Origin: an uncultured Collinsella sp.
GTDB lineage: Bacteria > Actinomycetota > Coriobacteriia > Coriobacteriales > Coriobacteriaceae
Direction of reading: 5' to 3'
Assembly: GCA_900754275.1 (NCBI GenBank)
Contig: CAAECF010000109.1
Coordinates: 674-64,673, forward strand
DNA length: 64,000 bases
Position 1 is the stretch's first letter. Every line of letters starts with the position of its first letter. The position numbers and the translations under genes are program-made. Shown one piece after another: positions 1 to 7,473 of the stretch. The notes under the pieces were generated by a model. The model did no database searches. It was given only the letters and a program-made list of their open reading frames with translations, and had not been told where the DNA came from.

Positions 1-133
1 TGGTCGACTTGGAGAGCACCACCATGTCGATATGTTCCTGATCGCAGGCAGCAGCCGTATGGCGCACCACCTGGTCGTAGTAATACGACGTGGCCTCGGC
101 GCCCATGCCGCCGATAACTCCCAGCTTTTCCAT
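1..133 (-). CDS. Asp/Glu-racemase family protein (aspartate racemase-like), N-terminal part only; gene continues beyond window start
   Basis: Reverse translation from about 133 gives MEKLGVIGGMGAEATSYYYDQVVRHTAAACDQEHIDMVVLSKST, a typical Asp/Glu racemase N-terminus. An AAGGAGG RBS lies 5 nt upstream of the ATG. Not in the ORF track because it is truncated by the window edge. Confidence 0.6.
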   Translation of the reverse strand, partial: MEKLGVIGGMGAEATSYYYDQVVRHTAAACDQEHIDMVVLSKST

Positions 134-217
134 CGCCGCCTCCTTGGTGACGCTTGCGCAATTGCGCGTATCATACCCGCGCCCGCCCGATGTAAACCGG
201 ACGGGCGCCGCACTCAT

Positions 218-1474
218 CTACTTGTAATACGTCTTGAACAGCTTAAAGTGGCGCAGCTTGGTGTGCCACATGCGCAGCCAGCGGTTAAAGACAAAGTCGC
301 CCTTCATAAACGAAGGGTCGGCGCCCTTGCCTTCCTTGTCCAGGCGATGCACCTTAGCGCGCAGCTCGGGATCCTTGACGTACTTGTCGACGACGCCCAT
401 GGGAACGACCATCCACAGCGCCTCGTCCTGCGCCGTCACAAACTCCGGCTCAAACGGGCGGTTGAACACATACTCGTCCACCACATACTTGGCAACGTTA
501 AAGCCGCTGTTAGTGACGTAGTAGTTGCTGCGACCTTGGCGCGTGTTGAAATCGAAGAACTTAAACGAGCCGTCGCGTTCGTCGTACTTAACGTCAAAGT
601 TGGAATAACCCACAAAGTGAAGGTCCTCGAGCAACTTGCGCACGCCGCCCATGAGCTCGTCATTGGGCTCGGTGATGATACAGGCGTGGTTGCCGACACC
701 GTGAGGCTGATGCTCCTCGAGCAGCACGTGACCCAGGCACATCATGCGCACCTTGCCGTTGCGGTCGGAATAACTGGTGAGCACGCGCATGTACTCGTCA
801 TTGCCGGGCACGCGATCCTGCAAGATCAGGTCGTCGGTGTAGCCGCTGGCATACGAGTCGCGAATGACCTGTTCCAGCTCGGCACGGTCGGCAATCTCAT
901 AGGCCTTTTTCTGGCCCTCGAACTCGTGCTGCCACCACATGATGCCGTCAGAAGGCTTCAGAATCATCGGGTAAGGAAAATCGATCTGGTCGAGCACTTC
1001 GGCAGGTGCCTCGCCTTGGGCGTTCAGCATCGCCATGGTGAAGGTAAAGGTATGCGGATAGGGCACGCCATGCTTCTCGCACAGCTCGTAGAAGATCTCC
1101 TTCTTCTGACACTGCTCAAGCATGCTGTAGGGAGCGTAAGGCGCGACGATGTTATCCGCCAACTCATGGGCATCCTTGGCCTGAGCCACGAGGGCAACAT
1201 AGTTATCGCCACAGCCCACAAGAACAATCGTCTTATCGGCATGCGCTTGGGCAATGCCGTTGACGGTCCTGAGCATCACGGGCATGGTATCGATATCCAC
1301 GTTGGGCGTGTAGTCGATAATCTGGCTGCGGTACGCGGGACCCGTCTGGTACTTGCCAAAGACCAGGCTCTTGACCTGGTACTCCTCGTAGAAGGCGCGC
1401 GCCACCGAATAGGCGTTGATGTCGCCACCGAGCAGCACGGGAATAAACTCGCGCTCTGTAAACTGCAATGCCAT
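218..1474 (-). CDS. ATP-grasp domain carboxylate-amine ligase (D-aspartate ligase-like)
   Basis: 418-aa ORF with coding-like composition; the antisense 486-aa ORF is G/R/L-rich junk. Size and domain order resemble ATP-grasp ligases of the D-Asp ligase type. Lies immediately upstream of the racemase gene on the same strand. Confidence 0.6.
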   Translation of the reverse strand: MALQFTEREFIPVLLGGDINAYSVARAFYEEYQVKSLVFGKYQTGPAYRSQIIDYTPNVDIDTMPVMLRTVNGIAQAHADKTIVLVGCGDNYVALVAQAKDAHELADNIVAPYAPYSMLEQCQKKEIFYELCEKHGVPYPHTFTFTMAMLNAQGEAPAEVLDQIDFPYPMILKPSDGIMWWQHEFEGQKKAYEIADRAELEQVIRDSYASGYTDDLILQDRVPGNDEYMRVLTSYSDRNGKVRMMCLGHVLLEEHQPHGVGNHACIITEPNDELMGGVRKLLEDLHFVGYSNFDVKYDERDGSFKFFDFNTRQGRSNYYVTNSGFNVAKYVVDEYVFNRPFEPEFVTAQDEALWMVVPMGVVDKYVKDPELRAKVHRLDKEGKGADPSFMKGDFVFNRWLRMWHTKLRHFKLFKTYYK

Positions 1475-1867
1475 GGAAACTTCCTATCATGAACTGCCCA
1501 CACAACGGGCGGTCTTTGCGCAACTGATTTATTCTAGCGTGCCAAACCGCCGGCGCCCAAAGCTCCACCGTATCTATGGCAATCAGCGCAATTATCCAGC
1601 ATGAAATCCGCCCTCGCCGTGATGGGACCCTGTAGTTGCAAAACCCCACATGAGGCGACTTTTGATAAACAAAAACCCTCTCGACAGGGTTCCGTAACGT
1701 TAAAGTTGAACTCTATGGTTTCTCAACAATTCACCATTCCCGCAGGTCAAGGCCAAAGCCTCAAGTTCAACTTGACCCTTTAGAACCTTTAAGGTTCAAG
1801 TTGAGGTCGAAAGCAGTAGTAGAATACCGTTCGAACCATAACCTACGATTGATTGCAGAGGGACTGG

Positions 1868-3001
1868 ATGCAGCATTCGAATCATCGCACCGCAGCGTTC
1901 ATTGCGTCGAAGCCGGCTCGTATCATCACGAGCGCCGTGCTCGCCGTTGCGCTGACGGCCACGCCGATGCTCTCCCCCGTTGCGGCGTATGCCGCCTCGC
2001 AGGCAACGCAGGACCAGCTTTCCGCAGCCCAGCAGAAGATCGAAGCCGCCACGAGCGCCTACAACGACGCCCGCACCAAACTCGATGACCTGCAAAAGCA
2101 GATTGACTCCAATGAGGCAAGCATCGAGGAAATCGAGGCCAAGCTTCCCGAGCAGCAGGCCAAGGCAAGCTCCGCCATGCGCGATCTGTACAAGTATCAG
2201 AAGGGCACCAATCCCATCGTGAGCTTCCTGGTCAACGCACAGAGCCTGGGTGAGTTCATCACGACCTGCAAATACACCAACCAGATCACGAGCTCGAGCG
2301 TCGACGAGATCGAACAGCTTAATAACATGCAAACCGAACTCGAGCAGAACAAGGCTGAGCTCCAGCAGGCCAAGTCTCAGCTTGAGGCAGAGCAGAAAAA
2401 CGCCGAGGATGCGTTGGCTCAGGCCCAGCAGCTCCGCAGCGAGGCACAGGCAAAAGCCGAGCAGGAAAATGCCGCCGAGCTTGCCAAGCTTGAGGCCGAT
2501 AAGGCCGCTGCCGCCGAGAAGATCTCGGGCGAGGGCGTAAGCGGCAGCAATTCCAGCAGCCAGGCCACCAACACCAACACCACCATCGACACCACGGTGA
2601 ACAACGCCAATACCGGTAGCTCCGATTACGATTCGTTCATTAATGAGTGGACGAGCCGCATCGACAATTATCTCGCCGGCTCCCCCATGGCAGGCCAGGG
2701 CTATAACTTTGCCGTCGCCGCTTGGAATACCGGTGTCGACCCCCGTTGGTCCCCCGCCATCGCCTGCATCGAGAGCACCAAGGGTGCTTATTGCGCCAAT
2801 TCTTACAACGCCTGGGGCTGGAGTGCCCGTGGCGGCGGTTGGCGCAGCTTTGGCAGCTGGAGCGAGGGCATCTCCGCTCACGTTGCCTATCTGGGCGCCA
2901 ACTACGGCTCCACCCTTACCCCGGCAGCGGCCAAAAAGTACTGCCCGCCCACGTGGCAGGACTGGTACAACAAAGTCGCCGCTCAGATGAACCGCATCTA
3001 A
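1868..3001 (+). CDS. secreted coiled-coil protein with C-terminal putative cell-wall hydrolase-like domain (PcsB-like architecture)
   Basis: ATG at 1868 preceded by GAGGGA; the track start at 1853 is TTG. N-terminal hydrophobic signal/anchor, about 200 aa of heptad-rich Q/E/A/K coiled coil, then a Trp/Gly/Cys-rich C-terminal domain (CIESTKGAYCANSYNAWGW). Confidence 0.55.
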   Translation: MQHSNHRTAAFIASKPARIITSAVLAVALTATPMLSPVAAYAASQATQDQLSAAQQKIEAATSAYNDARTKLDDLQKQIDSNEASIEEIEAKLPEQQAKASSAMRDLYKYQKGTNPIVSFLVNAQSLGEFITTCKYTNQITSSSVDEIEQLNNMQTELEQNKAELQQAKSQLEAEQKNAEDALAQAQQLRSEAQAKAEQENAAELAKLEADKAAAAEKISGEGVSGSNSSSQATNTNTTIDTTVNNANTGSSDYDSFINEWTSRIDNYLAGSPMAGQGYNFAVAAWNTGVDPRWSPAIACIESTKGAYCANSYNAWGWSARGGGWRSFGSWSEGISAHVAYLGANYGSTLTPAAAKKYCPPTWQDWYNKVAAQMNRI

Positions 3002-3012
3002 GCGCAACTGCA

Positions 3013-3040
3013 AAGGGCCCCAATGGGGCCCTTTTCTTTT
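3013..3040 (+). terminator. rho-independent terminator (GGGCCCCAATGGGGCCC hairpin followed by TTTTCTTTT)
   Basis: Perfect 7-bp GC stem followed by a T-run directly after the stop codon at 3001. Confidence 0.7.
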
Positions 3041-4448
3041 AGGTAGCGGAGGTATCGACGACGCCGGTCGCATTGGCAATCGCGACTATGACGATCATGC
3101 ATAGGAGCAGCACACCCAATGCCTTGAGCCAGAGTTTCGCGAGTTTCTTGCCGCGATGGCTGTCGAGCAGTGCGAATCGCCGACGAAGACGGCGCTTATC
3201 GAGCAGCGCAAAATGCATAAGCACCATAAGGCCATCGACAAAGAAAAAATACTCGATTATGAGAAGCCACGTCGGGTAGCTTTGGTTTGCTCCCGTGGGG
3301 TGAAAGACGGCAAAGTGACTTCCGGCAAAGAACACAAGTAGCGAGAAGCAGACGAGCGCATTCCAAATGCGCCCCAGAGACTCCGGAACGCGAGAGAGCA
3401 GACCGCATGCAGCGGAGGCGGCAGGCCTAGGAAGCCCTGCGGGGTTCTGGAGCCCTTGGAGCGTCAACACCGTCTCCGAGGCCGGAGTACGGACAGGCGC
3501 AGGTGTAGGAGGCCGCACGGGGCGGCTCAGATCGTATGCCGAGCGCGTCGCCCGTCCCAACGCTTCCGCACTCGCAAAACGCTTGGCCGGGTCGAGCGCC
3601 ATCGACATGCAGACGGCATCGGCAAGTGGAGTGGGAATGCCACGCGCCTCGCATTGCTCGCGCATGTCGAGCCCTGGTTTAGGGTCGACTCCCGTCAAGC
3701 AGAAGAACAACAGGGCGCCAAGTGCGTAGACGTCGCTGCGCACACTCGTCTGCCCAAACCCATACTGCTCGGGCGGCGCATAGGGTCGCGTGCCAAACTT
3801 GACGGTGTCGGCATCGGCGCCATCGCGCCATACGCGCGCGATCCCCAAGTCGATAATCACCAGCGACGAAAACGTCAGGCCCTCATCGAGCGTACAGTTC
3901 GCACCCGTCACGATGATATTCGACGGTTTGAGGTCGCGATGGATCACCGGCGCCGACGTCTCCCCCGCCATTGCAAAACCGGCGTGGAGCTCGCCCACGG
4001 CATCGCATAGGGCAGGATACAATTCACGCGCATAATCGGGGGTGGCTCCCAGACGGTCCACCAGCACCCCGAGCGTCTCCCCTTCGATGTATTCCATAAC
4101 CACGTTGAGCTCGTCGCCCACACGACGACAATCGACGATTCTGGGCAGGTGCTCAAAACGCCTGCCTGCCCGCTGAGCGGCAAACAGACGCTCGTATGCC
4201 CCGCCGATTTGAGCCGAGGCATCGATGCGTTTACGGACAAAGGGGCCGAGCGAACCACCACCGGTTCCTTCAAAGTACACGAGCTCGGTTGTTTCAACGG
4301 ACGAGCGCCTAAGTACACGCTCCACGCGATAGCTGTCGTCGCGATCGAGCGACGCCAGATGTTCGGCAAGCGCTGCGGTCAGCTCGTCATCGGAATATGT
4401 TGTGATCTGAGTATCCATAGCCTCCATCATAGCGCAGGGCGCAGACAC
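3039..4448 (-). CDS. Ser/Thr protein kinase with C-terminal transmembrane segments (Hanks-type)
   Basis: HRDLKPSNIIV catalytic loop, DLGIA (DFG-like) and APE motifs, followed by a proline-rich linker and hydrophobic C-terminus. True start may be one of the internal Met codons a few codons in. Confidence 0.85.
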   Translation of the reverse strand: MSAPCAMMEAMDTQITTYSDDELTAALAEHLASLDRDDSYRVERVLRRSSVETTELVYFEGTGGGSLGPFVRKRIDASAQIGGAYERLFAAQRAGRRFEHLPRIVDCRRVGDELNVVMEYIEGETLGVLVDRLGATPDYARELYPALCDAVGELHAGFAMAGETSAPVIHRDLKPSNIIVTGANCTLDEGLTFSSLVIIDLGIARVWRDGADADTVKFGTRPYAPPEQYGFGQTSVRSDVYALGALLFFCLTGVDPKPGLDMREQCEARGIPTPLADAVCMSMALDPAKRFASAEALGRATRSAYDLSRPVRPPTPAPVRTPASETVLTLQGLQNPAGLPRPAASAACGLLSRVPESLGRIWNALVCFSLLVFFAGSHFAVFHPTGANQSYPTWLLIIEYFFFVDGLMVLMHFALLDKRRLRRRFALLDSHRGKKLAKLWLKALGVLLLCMIVIVAIANATGVVDTSAT

Positions 4449-4516
4449 CCCATGGCATCCGCGCCCCGTTCGTTTGCATCGTTGTTCGGCAGCTCCGCCG
4501 GCTCAGATATCAGCCG

Positions 4517-4939
4517 CTAACTCACCGTCTCCTCGCCAAAGCGATACAGCTCCTCGTTGACCTTTTGGAGGCTGCACCCGCGATCGATGCAAAAGATGAT
4601 AATCGCATCACGGCGATCCTTGCAGTTAAGGACGCTTACCCCGGCAGCCGTCAGTGCACGGTTGGTCTCTTTGAGCGTCAGCGCCATCGCAAAGGCAATC
4701 TGCAGCACCTTATTGCGACTCGGATTGCGCGAACCAGTAAAGATCTGATAGCCAAAGGTCTCGTTGAGGTCGGCCATACGCACCACGCGCGAACGCTCCA
4801 AGCCCTTTTCCTGCAGCAGCTGCTTCAGGTAGTCCGAAAGCGACGGGGCGGCAAAGTCGTGCTCCCTGATATAGCCATCGATGTTCGGCGCATCGAGAAG
4901 CTCATTGAGCAACTCCTCGGTCAGCTTTTTATCGGGCAT
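4517..4939 (-). CDS. XRE-family helix-turn-helix transcriptional regulator
   Basis: 140-aa ORF with a Cro/C1-type HTH-like segment (VVRMADLNETFGYQIFTGSRNPSRNKVLQIAFAMAL). Confidence 0.55.
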   Translation of the reverse strand: MPDKKLTEELLNELLDAPNIDGYIREHDFAAPSLSDYLKQLLQEKGLERSRVVRMADLNETFGYQIFTGSRNPSRNKVLQIAFAMALTLKETNRALTAAGVSVLNCKDRRDAIIIFCIDRGCSLQKVNEELYRFGEETVS

Positions 4940-4971
4940 ACGACTTCACCTCCCCCAGTGCATGCAACATG

Positions 4972-5415
4972 CTAGAAACCGCTTACGTCCGAACGCTCCC
5001 AGCTAGCAACCTGGTCGGGAGACACCGTACCCAGCGCCTCGAACTTCCAGGAGCCGCCCGCCTTCAGATGATTGGTGTTTGCAAGAGCCGTTCCAACCTG
5101 GTTGCCATCGGCATCATACAGAACATACTCAATCTGAATGTAGCTCTTTTCCTTGTCCGTGTTATTGGTCAGCGTGCCCGTGATCTTATAGGCAAACTGA
5201 TTGGAGGTGTCTTCAGCCTCGTCAGCAATGGTATACGGTTCTTGCGGTTCTTTTTGCTCCTCAGCCTGCTGTGTCGTCTCGGCAGGTTTTGCCGAATCGC
5301 TCGCAGACGAATCGGTTGAATTGCCACCCATAGAGCCCACGGCACCGACGATAACCAGCACCACGATGACGCCTAGGACAATCTTGCCGATCGGCTTCTT
5401 TCCCTCTTTTGCCAT
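4972..5415 (-). CDS. membrane-anchored DUF4352-like protein
   Basis: N-terminal TM helix, S/T/E-rich linker, beta-rich C-terminal domain (YKITGTLTNNTDKEKSYIQIEYVLYDADGNQVG). Confidence 0.45.
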   Translation of the reverse strand: MAKEGKKPIGKIVLGVIVVLVIVGAVGSMGGNSTDSSASDSAKPAETTQQAEEQKEPQEPYTIADEAEDTSNQFAYKITGTLTNNTDKEKSYIQIEYVLYDADGNQVGTALANTNHLKAGGSWKFEALGTVSPDQVASWERSDVSGF

Positions 5416-5579
5416 TATTCATCCTTCCTACGATCCGGCTACCGTGCCGGCACACAGCACATCATAGGAAGGATTGAATTTGAATTCATTAGCTGAGAGC
5501 TAAGGTTGCGGTAAACGGCCAATGCAGCTATCCAGACGCCGAGCAAACGCACTTTGCGTGACCGTCTGCTGGCAGCGCA

Positions 5580-5909
5580 TCAACCCACCGTGACGGATTT
5601 CCCGGTAAAGGCACTGATCATCAACAGGGCAAAGAACACCAGGTAGCTGACACTCAGCGGGTACGCAGTGATCAGGAATACGACCCAGCCGACATTGGTT
5701 TTACCGTCGGCACGGCGTTGCCCGCGATTGCGGCAGAGCCAAATCGTCACGCCGATGGCAGTGATAAACAGTACGAGTGCCGCCGCAGCCAGCCCAGCAA
5801 GCACAAACATCACGCCAATGCTCACAGCAATGACCGGAAGTAGCAGCAAACCACACCCGCATCCACCCGGACTATATACGGCAGATTGCCGACGTCGCCT
5901 CATCGTCAC
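5580..5909 (-). CDS. small integral membrane protein (3 predicted TM helices)
   Basis: 109-aa hydrophobic ORF; its stop overlaps the start of the upstream M20 gene (ATGA overlap), suggesting translational coupling. Confidence 0.4.
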   Translation of the reverse strand: MTMRRRRQSAVYSPGGCGCGLLLLPVIAVSIGVMFVLAGLAAAALVLFITAIGVTIWLCRNRGQRRADGKTNVGWVVFLITAYPLSVSYLVFFALLMISAFTGKSVTVG

Positions 5910-7108
5910 TCCATCACGAGCAATCGTTTGTAGACATCGAGGCCCTTGAGTAGGATTTCCTCGTCAAAGAGCATGGTATCGGTATGCAGAGCGCTCGTGG
6001 CATAGGCGGGGCAGCCATCCGAATCGCTCGGGTTTTCTTGACCCTCCGGCACGCCCGTGCCCAGCAAGAAGAACACGCCCGGCAGATGACGCTGATAGAA
6101 CGCGAAATCCTCGGCGATTAGCAGTGGCTCGTCCACAAGTTGCAGCTCGGACAAGGCAGGCGCAATGTGGGCGAACAGCTCGGGGTCGTTATCGACCGGC
6201 GGATAGCCCTCGGCAAAGTCGAGGTCGTACGTGCAGCCTGTTGCGGCGCAGGCCTCGTCCAACACGCGGCGCACGCCCTCGCGCGCACGGTCGAACATAC
6301 CGTCCGTAAACACGCGCAGGCTGCCAGCCACATGGGCCTCCCCCGCCACCGCATTGCAGACGGTGCCGGCCTGCAGCAGGCCGAACTTACCAATGCAGGG
6401 CTCGTCGGCACCCAACTCGTCCATGAGCTCGCGCTCGGAAACCAAGAACTTGGCCGCTGCCAGCGCGGCATCATGCGATTCCTCGACTGGAACGCCGTAG
6501 GTCTTGGCGATATGGATGCTCGTGCCATGGATATGAATGTGCGTCTCACTTGAGCGCGCCAGCAGCGGACCGGAACAGCTCGCCAACGTGCCGGCGGGCA
6601 AATCGGGCCATACGTGGAAGCCGAAGATGCGATCCGCCCCGTAGCGCTCGAATACGCCGCTCTCACACACCGTCTTGGCGCCACCGGTCGTTTCCTCGGC
6701 CGGCTGAAACACAAAGAGCACGTTGCGCTTGATGGCACCCGGCTGCTCACGAATCGTGCGATCGACATAAGTCGCGGCGGCAAGCACCATGGCCATGTGT
6801 CCATCGTGCCCGCAAGCATGCATCTTGCCGGGATGGGTCGAAGCGAACGCTGCCCCCGTTGCCTCGGCAATGGGCAGCGCATCCATATCGGCGCGAATCG
6901 CCGTGGCATGCGCGGCGCCAACGCCAGCGTCGAAGAAAGCGCAGACGCAGCCGGGGCACGGATGGGTCACCTCGCAGGCGAGCGGAGCGAGCACGCCTTC
7001 AATATAGGCGATAGTCTGCGGAAGATCGAAGTCGAGCTCCGGAATGCGGTGCAAGTCGCGACGATAACGACGGAGTTCTTGGAGCTCGGTCATAGGGATT
7101 CCTTTCAT
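5906..7108 (-). CDS. M20-family amidohydrolase (N-acyl-amino-acid deacylase; candidate N-acetyl-diaminopimelate deacetylase)
   Basis: HACGHDGH metal-binding motif and M20D architecture, 400 aa. The deacetylase role is inferred from the neighbouring dapH pathway. Confidence 0.75.
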   Translation of the reverse strand: MKGIPMTELQELRRYRRDLHRIPELDFDLPQTIAYIEGVLAPLACEVTHPCPGCVCAFFDAGVGAAHATAIRADMDALPIAEATGAAFASTHPGKMHACGHDGHMAMVLAAATYVDRTIREQPGAIKRNVLFVFQPAEETTGGAKTVCESGVFERYGADRIFGFHVWPDLPAGTLASCSGPLLARSSETHIHIHGTSIHIAKTYGVPVEESHDAALAAAKFLVSERELMDELGADEPCIGKFGLLQAGTVCNAVAGEAHVAGSLRVFTDGMFDRAREGVRRVLDEACAATGCTYDLDFAEGYPPVDNDPELFAHIAPALSELQLVDEPLLIAEDFAFYQRHLPGVFFLLGTGVPEGQENPSDSDGCPAYATSALHTDTMLFDEEILLKGLDVYKRLLVME

Positions 7109-7239
7109 AGGCGCGCGCCAGTTACCATCTTATTGTGCCGCAAGATTGCCGCACCCTTATTTCCAGCATATCCCTGCATTTTTTAAACGTTATATACGAA
7201 TACTCTTGTTTGGTAAAGTGCAACGTGATAGGGTCTTTA

Positions 7240-7425
7240 CCACTTGATAGAGGCGCGGGCACGAAGAGCCGCGGGCGAGCCGGCAGGCTTTGACCCCGTG
7301 GGGAGGCGAAACCCGCCGAACTGGGTTTTTCGGGCACGAACAACCTGGTGGGCCTGTGGGAAACACCCACAGGACTGTCTGCAGCAATGCGGGAGCGCTA
7401 TCCGGACATTGGGTCCACGCTATGC
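7240..7425 (+). ncRNA. lysine riboswitch (L-box) in the leader of the lysA-dapA-dapB-dapH operon
   Basis: Conserved L-box blocks are present in order: GATAGAGGCGC...GGGGAGGCGAAA...GCCGAAC...GGACTGTC...GGGAGCGCTATC, about 230-40 nt upstream of the lysA ATG. The 360-nt non-coding leader ends with a GAGG RBS. Confidence 0.7.
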
Positions 7426-7473
7426 GGATTCGATGCGCAGATGGCGCCGTCTGGATAGCGAGGTTTACGGGAC

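Noticed and set aside
32-1492. 486-aa plus-strand ORF overlapping the ATP-grasp gene
   Set aside because: Antisense shadow ORF of a high-GC gene. Composition is dominated by L/R/G/A/H with no recognisable motifs. The minus-strand ORF has coherent domain features and operon context.
1796-3079. 427-aa minus-strand ORF opposite the secreted coiled-coil gene
   Set aside because: G/L/A-rich antisense translation. The plus-strand ORF has a signal peptide, RBS and terminator.
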